NCBI GenBank assembly: GCA_032128115.1
Contig: JAQBHB010000041.1
Coordinates: forward strand, 27,753 to 91,752
Direction: 5' to 3'
Length of the DNA: 64,000 nucleotides
DNA from: Deltaproteobacteria bacterium
GTDB taxonomy: Bacteria > Myxococcota_A > UBA9160 > SMWR01
In this document: positions 54,141 to 64,000 of the stretch, piece by piece
How positions within the stretch are numbered: position 1 is the first letter of the stretch
Layout: every line of letters begins with the position of its first letter
Notes under the pieces: model-generated
Databases searched by the model: none
What the model saw: only the letters and a program-made list of their open reading frames with translations
What the model was told of the DNA's origin: nothing
Program-made: the position numbers and the translations under genes

Positions 54141-56923
54141 TCAGAGATCGGCGGGCTCGACCTTCACGGCGCAGAATTTGAACTCGGGGATCTTGCCGTC
54201 CGGGTCGAGCGCGTCGGTGGTGAGAACGTTGGCGGCCGCCTCGCGGTAGTGGAACGGAATGAATACGGAGCCCGGCTGCGTGTCGCGGCTCGTGCGCACC
54301 GGCAATGTCACATGGCCCCGGCGCGACGCCACCGTCACGAAGGCGCCGTCATTCACGCGCAACTTCTCACAATCATCCGGGTGCACCTCTACGAACGACT
54401 CGGGCTGGATCGACGACAGGGCCTTCGAACGGCGGGTCATCACGCCCGTGTGCCAGTGCTCGAGCACCCGGCCGGTTACCAGGATGAAGGGGTACTCGCC
54501 GTCCGGAAGCTCGTCGGCGCCGGTGTGCTCCGCCGCCACGAAGCGGGCGCGGCCGTCCGCTGTGGGAAAGCCGTCACCAAACATCACCACGGTCCCATCG
54601 GACTCCTCCGGGTTGGGGCAGGGATAGAGCTTTCCGGTGGATCCCAGGTTCTCGTAGGTGAGGCCCGCGTGCGAATCCGTGAGCGAGACCATCTCGTCGA
54701 AGATCTCACTGGCCGAGGCGTACTCCATGGGGTAGCCCATGCGGGTTCCAATCTCGCAGATGATCTTCCAATCGAGGCGGGCTTCGCCGGGAGGCGCGAG
54801 CGCCGGGCGACCCACCTGAACGCGCCGGTCGGTGTTGGTGAACGTGCCGGTTTTTTCCAGGGCGGTGGTGGCCGGCAGTACCACGTCGGCGAACTCCGCC
54901 GTCTCGGTGAGGAAGATGTCCTGCACCACCAGGAATTCCAGGTTCGTGAGTCCCTTGCGCACCTCGTTCACATTGGGCTCGGAGAGGAACGGGTTCTCGC
55001 CCAGCATGTACATGCCCTTGATGATCCCGTCGCGCGCCCCCTCCAGGATCTCTACGGACGTGAGGCCGCTGCGCTCGTCCAGGCACGCGCCCCAGGCGGC
55101 TTCGAATCGCGTGCGAGCGGTGTCGGACGTAACCGGCTGGTATCCCGGGTAGCTCATGGGAATGAGTCCCGCGTCCGAGGCCCCCTGCACGTTGTTCTGG
55201 CCGCGCAGCGGGTGCAGGCCCGTCCCCGGACGGCCGATGTTGCCGGTCATCAGCGCCAGCGAGATGATGCAGCGGCAGTTGTCGGTGCCGTGCACGTGTT
55301 GACTCATGCCCATTCCCCAGAACGTAAGGGCCGCGTGCGCGCTTCCGTAGGCGATGGACACCTCCCGAAGGGTCTCCACGGAAATTCCACAGATCCCGGA
55401 CACACGATCCGGCGTGTAACTCGCGACGGTGCGCTGCACCTCTTCGAAGCCGGTGGTGTGCAGGGCGATGTAGGCCTCGTCGGCGAGGCCCTCTGCAAGG
55501 ATGATGTTCATCATCCCGTTGTAGAAGGCCACGTCCGTGCCCGACCGGATCTGACAGAAGCGCCAGGCATGGTTCGAGATTCCGCTGCGCCGGGGGTCCA
55601 CCACGATCAACTTCGTGCCCTTGCGAGCCGCCTCCTTGAAGAAGGTGGCGGCCACGGGGTGGTTCGAGGTCGTGTTGGTGCCGGTGATGAGCGCCACGTC
55701 GGCGTTCTGGATGTCGCCGTAGGTCGTCGTCACGGCGCCCGATCCGATCATCTGCAACAGAGCCGCTACCGATGAGGCATGACACAAGCGAGTGCAGTGA
55801 TCCACGTTGTTGGTGCCGAAGACCGCCCGGATCAGCTTCTGGAACAGATAGGCCTCTTCGTTGCTGCACTTGGCCGAGCCGAATCCGGCCAGGGACCCGG
55901 GCCCGGATCGTTCGCGGATCTCGAGCAGACGCCGAGCCACCAGGTCGAGAGCCTCATCCCAGCTGGCCTCCCGGAAGGCGGGCATCACCTGGTCGTAATC
56001 GACGATCCCGCCGGGCTTGCGCTTGCGGCGCGTCGAACTCTGCACTTCCGGCGAGAGCGCCCGCTTCGGATAGTCCACCCGGATCAAGGGGCGGGTCAAT
56101 CGGTGGGGGTGAGAGGCGAAGTCGAATCCGTAGCGCCCCTTCACGCACAGGCGTCCCTGATTGCCCGGGCTCTCGCGTCCGTCGACGAAGGCCACGCGGT
56201 TGCTCTTGCGGTCCACGTGGTAGGTGAGCGCACACCCGACTCCGCAGTAGGGACATACGGTGTCCACCGCCTCCAGCCGCTCGCGGGCCTGGATGGGCGC
56301 CGAGAGCGGCCGATTGGTGAGCGCGCCCGTGGGGCACGCGGCCACGCATTCGCCGCAGCTCACGCAGCTGGATTCGCCCATGCCCTGATCGAGGTCGAAG
56401 GAGATGCGGGCCGTGTAGCCCTTGCCCGTGCGTCCGATCACATCGTTGTGCTGCACGTCGTCGCAGGCGCGGATGCAGCGGTCGCATAGGATGCAGGCCT
56501 GGTGATCGACGGCGATCACCGGAGAAGATGCGTCCTTTGGGCGGGGGTTTCCTCCGGGAAACCGGGCCTTCACGTCGTAGCGCCTGGCCAGGGCGAACAG
56601 ATCGTCGTCGCCAGTGGTCTCCTCCTTGGGCGACACCCCCGGTTGCTCGGACATGAGGAGTTCGGTGAGCACCCGGCGGCAGCGCTCCACCTTCTCGCTG
56701 GCGGTGTGAACCAGCATGCCCGGATCGGCCATACGCACGCACGACGCCGCCATGACGCGGGCGCCCTCCACCTCGACCACGCACATGCGACACACCCCCA
56801 CCGGCTCGAGCCCGGGGTCGTGGCACAGGGTGGGAATTTCGATCCCGGCCTGGCGCGCGGCGTCCCAGATCGTGGTGCCAGGAGCGACCTCGACCTCCCG
56901 CCCGTCGATGCTGAGGCGGACGC

Positions 56924-56927
<4 letters not shown>
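54141..56927 (-). CDS. fdhA: Formate dehydrogenase catalytic (alpha) subunit, NAD-linked type with a NuoG-like N-terminus; cysteine variant
   Basis: 928 aa. N-terminal 2Fe-2S/4Fe-4S cysteine clusters (CHDPGLEPVGVCRMCVVEV; CILCDRCIRAC; CVSCGECVAACP; CPYCGVGC) precede a Mo-bisPGD domain. The active-site context HCTRLCHASSV has Cys where selenoenzymes carry Sec. Confidence 0.9.
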
Positions 56928-58492
<1,565 letters not shown>

Positions 58493-58527
58493 GCGGCCTG
58501 GGGCTCCCGGGCCCGGATTATACGTCC

Positions 58528-59157
58528 TCAGTCGAAGCCAGCCGAGACCAGGGCCTCCCGGTAGGCCTCGGGTGTGTTGCAATCGCGAAGGCTCTCGAGG
58601 TTCGGGTCCACGTCGCGAAGCTCGTCCGCCGTCACGATTCGCGACTCGAAGGCCTCCACGAGATACAGGGGGCGCAGCCTGCGCTCTTCCAGCAAACGCC
58701 GGGCAACGGGCAACACGTCGCGGGAGTACACCGCCGATGTGACCATGGTGTGTTCGCCGATCCGCGGCGCGGCGATCGGGAAGCCCTGGGAGAGCGACAG
58801 CATCCGCTCCACATACCCGGCCCGGAGCAGGGGAACGTCGCAGGAGGTCAGGAAGGCGCGCTCCGCCTGCATGGCCTCGAGCCCGGCGCACAAGCCGGCC
58901 AGGGGGCCCAGCCCCTCCTCCGGGTCACGCGCGACGCAATAGGAACCCGTCAACTCCTGTCCTTCGCGGGCCACCACCCAGACTTCCGACACCACCTGGG
59001 ACACGATCCGAACGATGCGCTCGAGCAGGGTCTCGGGGCCGAAGGGAAGGCTGGCCTTGTCCCGGGCCATGCGACGCGAGCGCCCCCCACAGAGCACGAT
59101 CGCCGCCGCCCGATGAACGGCCAGATCGAGGCGCGAAACCCGGGGGACGCTGACCAC
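58528..59157 (-). CDS. mobA: Molybdenum cofactor guanylyltransferase MobA
   Basis: Motifs are AAIVLCGGRSRRM, GPLAGLCAGLE and LTSCDVPLL. The start was set to GTG at 59157. Confidence 0.8.
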   Translation of the reverse strand: MVSVPRVSRLDLAVHRAAAIVLCGGRSRRMARDKASLPFGPETLLERIVRIVSQVVSEVWVVAREGQELTGSYCVARDPEEGLGPLAGLCAGLEAMQAERAFLTSCDVPLLRAGYVERMLSLSQGFPIAAPRIGEHTMVTSAVYSRDVLPVARRLLEERRLRPLYLVEAFESRIVTADELRDVDPNLESLRDCNTPEAYREALVSAGFD

Positions 59158-59257
59158 AACCGTATGGAAGCCACACGCGCACGTGAAGTCAACGCGGTCG
59201 ACACCGATGCTATGCTGCCGCGCGGCGGACGCTGCGAGGCGAGAAGGAGCGAACTCC

Positions 59258-60199
59258 TTGGCGGACGGGTGGGGACGCGTCCTCGTAACGGGCGCCAACG
59301 GGAACCTGGGCCGTCGCCTGATCTCCCGATTGCTCCAACCCGGTCGCGGCGGAGCCACTTCCGTGTGCGCCGTGGTCCGATCCGAACGCGCGGCGGCCAG
59401 CCTGCGCGAGCTTCCCGATGCGGCGGACGCAGAGATCGAGATCGTCGACTACCGCGACGAAGACGAACTGTGGCGCGTGGCCCAGGGCTCTCGCTTCGTG
59501 GTCCACCTGCCCGGCATCATCAAGGAAACCCGGTCCAACTGCTACGAAGACGTCCACGAGAAGACTTGCATTGCTCTGGCGCGGGCAGCAGCCCGCGCCT
59601 CGGTGGAACGGGTGGTCTATCTCAGCATCCTGGGAAGCGACCCGGACTCCGCCAATCGCTGTCTGGCGTCCAAGGGACGGGCCGAGCGCATCCTGCTGGA
59701 GGCGGCGACGCCCACCGTCGTGTTGAGGCTGCCGCTGGTGCTCGGCCCCGGAGACGACACCGCGCGCATGCTGCGGGCCGAGGCGATGTCGCGCCTGGTT
59801 CCCATGCTCGGCGGGGGCCACACCGCGACCCAACCGATCTTCTGCAACGACGTGGTCGACGCAATCCTCGCCTGCCTGACCGGGCCCGGCCTGGCCGGCC
59901 GCTCGCTGGATCTCGCAGGCCCCGAATCGCTCAGCCAGCGCGAATTCATCGCGCGCGCGGCAAAGCTCTGCGGCCGGGTTCCGAGGCTGCTGCCTCTGCC
60001 CGTTGGCCTGGTTCGGCTTTTGTTGGGGCCTTTGGAGCGACTGATGGCCGAGCCTCCCCTCACCCGTGAGATGCTGGGAGTGCTGCTCCACGACGACCGC
60101 GTGGATGTGGACGGCGTCTGCAAAGAACTCGGGATCCAACTCACGTCACTGGACGAAATGCTCAGGCGGAGCCTGGGCCAGGAGGTCACGAAGGCATGA
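59258..60199 (+). CDS. NAD(P)-dependent epimerase/dehydratase (NmrA/NDUFA9-like atypical SDR)
   Basis: TTG at 59258 lies 8 nt after AAGGAG. The cofactor motif is VLVTGANGNLGRRL. Confidence 0.75.
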   Translation: MADGWGRVLVTGANGNLGRRLISRLLQPGRGGATSVCAVVRSERAAASLRELPDAADAEIEIVDYRDEDELWRVAQGSRFVVHLPGIIKETRSNCYEDVHEKTCIALARAAARASVERVVYLSILGSDPDSANRCLASKGRAERILLEAATPTVVLRLPLVLGPGDDTARMLRAEAMSRLVPMLGGGHTATQPIFCNDVVDAILACLTGPGLAGRSLDLAGPESLSQREFIARAAKLCGRVPRLLPLPVGLVRLLLGPLERLMAEPPLTREMLGVLLHDDRVDVDGVCKELGIQLTSLDEMLRRSLGQEVTKA

Positions 60200-61212
60200 G
60201 CGAACCCGGGTCCCATGCGGCGCCCAGCTCCGCGAAGGACGCCGCGAAGGACGCCGCGCCGCCGGGGCGCCGCCGGAGCTGGCTGCCCCGTCTGGTCTTG
60301 TGGGCGCTCACCATCGGCTGCTTCGTCTTCCTCTACTTCAAGATCGACGGTGCTGCGGCACGCGAAGGCGAGGATGCCCTCGGCTACCTGGGCGGCGTGT
60401 TCGCCCATGTGGACTGGGTGCGCTGGCTGGCGTTGATGATTCCCTACTCGCTTTTCTTCTTCCTGATCGACACCGCCGTGGTGTGGCGCGTCATCAACTG
60501 GTTCAACGTGCGCTTGGGTTACAAGGATCTGCTGCCGATCCGCGGCAGCGCCTACATCATCTCGATCGTCAACGAGCAGGTGGGAAAGGGCGCCATGGCG
60601 CTCTACCTGAACCGCCGCGACGGCGTCTCGGGCTGGGAAGTCGGCTCGAGCATGCTGTTCATCATGTTCTGCGAGTTCTACTACCTGCTCATGTGGGCCA
60701 CCGTCGGGTATGCGATTTCCAGCGATACCCTTCCGCCGGAGTTCGGCCTGATCCCCTGGTTGGCCCTGGCTGCAGCGGCTTTCTTCGCGGCCTGGCTGCT
60801 GTTCTTCCGGGGCGTGTTGGCGCCACGATCCGCGCTTCGCGAGAGACCGATCCTGCTGGCCTTTCGCAAGGCCCGCCTGCGCCACTACCTGGGCATCGTG
60901 GCCCTGCGCTCTCCGGCCCTGCTCTCGGGCGTGCTGGTCTACACATTGGCCCTGCGCCTGTTCGGCGTGGACGTGACCTTCCTCGAGATGTTGGGCTACG
61001 CGCCGGTGGTGTTCTGCTTCGCGGCGGTTCCCACGCCCATGCGCGCCGCGGCGATCACCCTGTGGGCCACCCTGTTCCCGGATAGCCCCGGAGAGATGAC
61101 TGCCTTCGGAATCGTGCAGCACAACTTCTTCATCTTCTTCAACGCCGCCATCGGGCTGCTATTCGTGCGGCGCGCGAACCGGGAGTTATTCGGAAGGGGC
61201 GACGGCGCCTGA
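60196..61212 (+). CDS. Flippase-like / lysylphosphatidylglycerol-synthase-TM-region family membrane protein
   Basis: The start overlaps the upstream stop (ATGA). The protein is polytopic and has the central motif I recall for this family (IRGSAYIISIVNEQVGKGAMALYL). An in-frame 12-bp x2 duplication at 60232-60255 encodes KDAAKDAA. Confidence 0.55.
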   Translation: MSEPGSHAAPSSAKDAAKDAAPPGRRRSWLPRLVLWALTIGCFVFLYFKIDGAAAREGEDALGYLGGVFAHVDWVRWLALMIPYSLFFFLIDTAVVWRVINWFNVRLGYKDLLPIRGSAYIISIVNEQVGKGAMALYLNRRDGVSGWEVGSSMLFIMFCEFYYLLMWATVGYAISSDTLPPEFGLIPWLALAAAAFFAAWLLFFRGVLAPRSALRERPILLAFRKARLRHYLGIVALRSPALLSGVLVYTLALRLFGVDVTFLEMLGYAPVVFCFAAVPTPMRAAAITLWATLFPDSPGEMTAFGIVQHNFFIFFNAAIGLLFVRRANRELFGRGDGA

Positions 61213-61734
61213 CCGGGTGCGCAGGAGAAGGCGCGCACGATCCCCGATCGAGATCGCGGTGGTGAAAACGAGCCCCCAGGCGAGTGCCTCCACCCAGGAG
61301 GGGGGAGGCCACCCGAGGCCGATGGCGTCGCGAACCACCGGAATCGCGACGATCACGTAATAGGCGATGCCGTTCCAGCGGCCCAACGGGATGGGGTGCA
61401 CGCCCCGGGCCGCGAGAATCTCCGAGTCCAGGGCGTATTGGGCGAAGGCCACCGCGATCAAAAGGGGCAGCAGCCCCGGTAGAGCGCCGGCGAACGCCAG
61501 CGCAGCGGTGCCTGACGTGACGAAGACGGCGTCGACAGCGTGATCGAAGAGACCGCCAGCCGGCGAGGTCTCTCCGGCGCGGCGCGCCAGCCAACCGTCG
61601 GCGACGTCGCTGGCCACCGCCAGGGCGAAGACCAGACTGGCTGCCACGGCGGAGTCTCGCGCGATTGCCCACACCAGCACCGGCGCGAGCAGCAGGCGCA
61701 GCAGGGTGAGCGCATTCGCCGGCGTTGCCGTCAT
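61186..61734 (-). CDS. CDP-alcohol phosphatidyltransferase family protein
   Basis: ATG at 61734. The signature is DVADGWLARRAGETSPAGGLFDHAVDAVF, i.e. D-x2-DG-x2-AR...G-x3-D-x3-D. Its 3' end overlaps the flippase-like gene convergently by 27 nt. Confidence 0.85.
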   Translation of the reverse strand: MTATPANALTLLRLLLAPVLVWAIARDSAVAASLVFALAVASDVADGWLARRAGETSPAGGLFDHAVDAVFVTSGTAALAFAGALPGLLPLLIAVAFAQYALDSEILAARGVHPIPLGRWNGIAYYVIVAIPVVRDAIGLGWPPPSWVEALAWGLVFTTAISIGDRARLLLRTRSGAVAPSE

Positions 61735-61835
61735 GGCACGACGACTGTACCCGGCGCCGCGCATGCCTACCAAACGATCCACGCCTACCCAACATGGGTG
61801 GGACGGCTACCCTTCGCGCGCTCGGTGAACCGGAA

Positions 61836-62261
61836 ATGAAACAGACTCTGACGATCCTGATGCTGGGCCCGGCCCTGGCCTGCTCGGATGGCGCAGCGCC
61901 GCCGGCCGACGCCGCGGTGCAACAGGGAAAGACGATCTACGAGAACGTCTGCATCGTCTGTCACAATGCTGATCCCAACCTGGAAGGCTCGCTGGGCCCG
62001 GCCATCGCCGGCGCGTCGCGGGAGCTGCTCTCGGCCAAGGTGCTTCGCGGCGAGTACCCGATCGGGTACACGCCCAAACGCCCGGGGCAGACCATGCCGA
62101 GGCTCACGTACCTGGCCGACGGGATCGATGCGCTGGCGGCCTACCTGGCATCCGGGGCTCCCAACGCAAAGGCGGGGGGCGCAAAGCCCCCCGCCCTGGA
62201 ACGCGTCCGAACCGCCGCTTCTACAACAGGATCGACTGGGCGAGATAGAGAACCACGGTGA
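61836..62261 (+). CDS. Small c-type cytochrome lipoprotein
   Basis: ATG at 61836. The lipobox-like segment is LGPALACS, the haem motif is CIVCH, and a distal Met lies in the context GQTMPR. Confidence 0.75.
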   Translation: MKQTLTILMLGPALACSDGAAPPADAAVQQGKTIYENVCIVCHNADPNLEGSLGPAIAGASRELLSAKVLRGEYPIGYTPKRPGQTMPRLTYLADGIDALAAYLASGAPNAKAGGAKPPALERVRTAASTTGSTGRDREPR

Positions 62262-62949
62262 CCGCGAGGCCCAGGTGGATGGTGCCGCTCACCTTGGTGA
62301 GAGGTTTCTGGGTCGCGGCTCCGGGGCCGATCAACCCATTCACTTCCACGAGTCCGATCACCACCAGCGCCACTGCCCAGTAGAGGCCCAGCTGGCCGCC
62401 GCCCATGTCCAGGGCCGAGGTCAGGGACGGGAAGTGGCTGGCCGCCGCCATGAAGAACAGCATGGGAATCGAGAACAGGGTGTTGGTGCGCGAAGACATT
62501 CCCGCCGCGGCGCCGCGGCGGGCCGCCGTGGGATCCGCTTCGCCGCCGGCCGCCGTCTTCTCGGCGTTTGCGATCACCACCCTCTGGGCGGGCCAGATCA
62601 CGAACCACACGTTCGCCCACATGAGCGTTCCCATGATCCCACCGGTCAGGATGCGAGTCATGTAGCCGGTGCCGAGACCCACGCCATCGTGGCCGAACTT
62701 CGTCAGCACGATCAACCAGCCGGTGAGAAACGTGAACATGGCGCCCCAGCGGAACCACCACAGGGCGTTGGGAACGAGCCCGCGGGTCATCGCCCCCTTG
62801 GCCGGGCCGCCCAGATCCGTGCCGAAGAACGGGGTCTGGAGGAAGTTGAAGTAGTAGAGGATCCCGATCCAGGTGATCCCGGCCAGGAAGTGGAACCAGC
62901 GGAGGAGGAAGTACCACCCCTCCATGCTGAAGAGTTCGAGTCCCATCAC
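62221..62949 (-). CDS. PuuD-N-terminal-like integral membrane protein (urate-hydroxylase-type membrane domain)
   Basis: 242 aa and polytopic. The N-terminal sequence WYFLLRWFHFLAGITWIGILYYFNF resembles, from memory, the PuuD membrane domain. Confidence 0.45.
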   Translation of the reverse strand: MMGLELFSMEGWYFLLRWFHFLAGITWIGILYYFNFLQTPFFGTDLGGPAKGAMTRGLVPNALWWFRWGAMFTFLTGWLIVLTKFGHDGVGLGTGYMTRILTGGIMGTLMWANVWFVIWPAQRVVIANAEKTAAGGEADPTAARRGAAAGMSSRTNTLFSIPMLFFMAAASHFPSLTSALDMGGGQLGLYWAVALVVIGLVEVNGLIGPGAATQKPLTKVSGTIHLGLAVTVVLYLAQSILL

Positions 62950-63038
62950 CTGTCCTCCCGTTGCGCAGGCTGCGCGGGGCGAGTGTACCGTCGAAGCAAT
63001 GGATTTGTGGGATAGATTTGCCGGTTCGTGACGTCAGA

Positions 63039-63935
63039 TCAGCGCGGTGCCCAGCGCGGAATCCGCGTAGTGATCTGCCCCCAGCCCAGATCGCCGAACA
63101 GACTTTCGACGCCTTCCGGATCCGCTCCGCGATACGCCAGCGCGCGAAGGCTGGCCCGGATCCCCGGGACATCCCGGCGCACGGTGGCCAGCACACGGGT
63201 GCGCAGGGCGCGCTCCCGGTGCTCGTCGATGGCAGCAGCAGCGCGGGCGGCGCCGCGCACGCCGATGCCGTTCCAGCGCTCCGGGTCCGCGGGGATCTTC
63301 TCGATGCGCCCGAAGGCCCGCAGGGCCGCGGCAGCGGTCTTCGCTCCCACACCCGGAACGCCCTTCAGGTTGTCCACGCTGTCGCCCATGAGGGCCAGGT
63401 AGTCGGGAATCTGCTCCGGGCTCACGCCGAATTTCTCGCGCACTCCTCCCGCGTCCCGGGTCTCGTCGCGCGCCAGGTCGTGCATCACCACCCGGCCGTC
63501 CTCGCGAACCACCTGGGCCAGGTCCTTGTCGGTGGTCACCACCACCACCCGGGCCCCCTTTCGGGCAAGCTGGGCGGTCAGGGTCGCGATCACGTCGTCG
63601 GCCTCGAAGTTCTCGGCCTCGAAGGCCGCGATCCCCAGGGCGCGGCTCACCTGGACACACAGATCGAACTGGGGTTCCAGGTCGGCTGGGGTCTCGTCCC
63701 GGTTCGCCTTGTACTCCGGAGCGATCTCGTTCCGGAAGCTTTCCATGGAATGATCGAAGGCCACCGCCAGATGACTCGGTCGCTTGTCGGTCAGGTACTT
63801 GAGCAGCGAGTTGGCGAAGCCGTAGGCCGCGTGGGTGGGTGTGCCGTCGGGCGCCTTCATGTCCGGCAGCGAGTAGTAGGCGCGAAAGATGTAGACGGAC
63901 CCATCGATCAGGTGAACGACGGGGCCGCGAGCCAT
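63039..63935 (-). CDS. 5'-3' exonuclease / flap endonuclease (Pol I N-terminal-like, PIN + H3TH)
   Basis: Motifs are LIDGSVYIFRAYYS, YKANRDETP, VVVTTDKDLAQV, LMGDSVDNLKGVPGVGAKTAAALL. Confidence 0.9.
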   Translation of the reverse strand: MARGPVVHLIDGSVYIFRAYYSLPDMKAPDGTPTHAAYGFANSLLKYLTDKRPSHLAVAFDHSMESFRNEIAPEYKANRDETPADLEPQFDLCVQVSRALGIAAFEAENFEADDVIATLTAQLARKGARVVVVTTDKDLAQVVREDGRVVMHDLARDETRDAGGVREKFGVSPEQIPDYLALMGDSVDNLKGVPGVGAKTAAAALRAFGRIEKIPADPERWNGIGVRGAARAAAAIDEHRERALRTRVLATVRRDVPGIRASLRALAYRGADPEGVESLFGDLGWGQITTRIPRWAPR

Positions 63936-63938
63936 GGT

Positions 63939-64000
63939 TCAGACCCGGGGCGCGAAGCTGCGCTCTTCCAGGATGGTGTCGATGATGGCCGACGAAGCCT
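63939..64000 (-). CDS. 3' end of an unidentified minus-strand gene, truncated by the window edge
   Basis: An open frame reading ...ASSAIIDTILEERSFAPRV ends at the stop at 63939-41, 3 nt upstream of the exonuclease ATG. It is too short to assign. Confidence 0.3.
   Translation of the reverse strand, partial: ASSAIIDTILEERSFAPRV

Overview
High-GC (by eye, not computed) bacterial chromosomal segment, densely packed with about 57 protein-coding genes. Many adjacent genes share 1-nt or 4-nt start/stop overlaps (ATGA, GTGA, TGATG), so much of the window is organised in operons. I found no rRNA, tRNA, CRISPR array, transposase, integrase or phage gene. All protein calls come from reading motifs in the supplied translations; no database search was run. 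Many starts were moved inward from the ORF track to a start codon consistent with domain boundaries, neighbouring genes and ribosome-binding sites. Recognisable content: two GGDEF cyclases, a GAF histidine kinase, ion transporters (CDF, Na+/H+ exchanger-RCK), SDR/LLM/GMC/FAD oxidoreductases, an Rrf2-sufBCDSU-sufT operon, an AlkB-like alkane hydroxylase, aguA/aguB, a Cys-type NAD-linked formate dehydrogenase module with mobA and a YqeC-like gene, cysH, a phospholipid head-group cluster and a 5'-3' exonuclease. Main candidates for something undescribed: (1) a translationally coupled aminotransferase-LuxE-LuxC-B12/radical-SAM operon (34933-40196), with no luciferase genes, next to an alpha/beta-hydrolase-HPPK fusion. 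(2) A six-gene co-directional block (11176-21238) joining a zinc-ribbon/class III cyclase/STAND-TPR protein, a class III-PDE-like metallophosphoesterase, two oxidoreductases and a 1017-aa MFS-like/HEAT/cNMP-binding membrane protein. (3) A coupled pair of unknown function (7327-9401): a polytopic coiled-coil membrane protein plus a VWA/MIDAS-like lipoprotein. At the DNA level there are at least nine unrelated short tandem duplications (12-26 bp units, 2-4 copies), most of them abutting stop codons. There is also a perfect 28-bp-arm AT-rich hairpin between convergent genes, and paired GGAC-N7-GTCC dyads in front of the Rrf2/suf operon.
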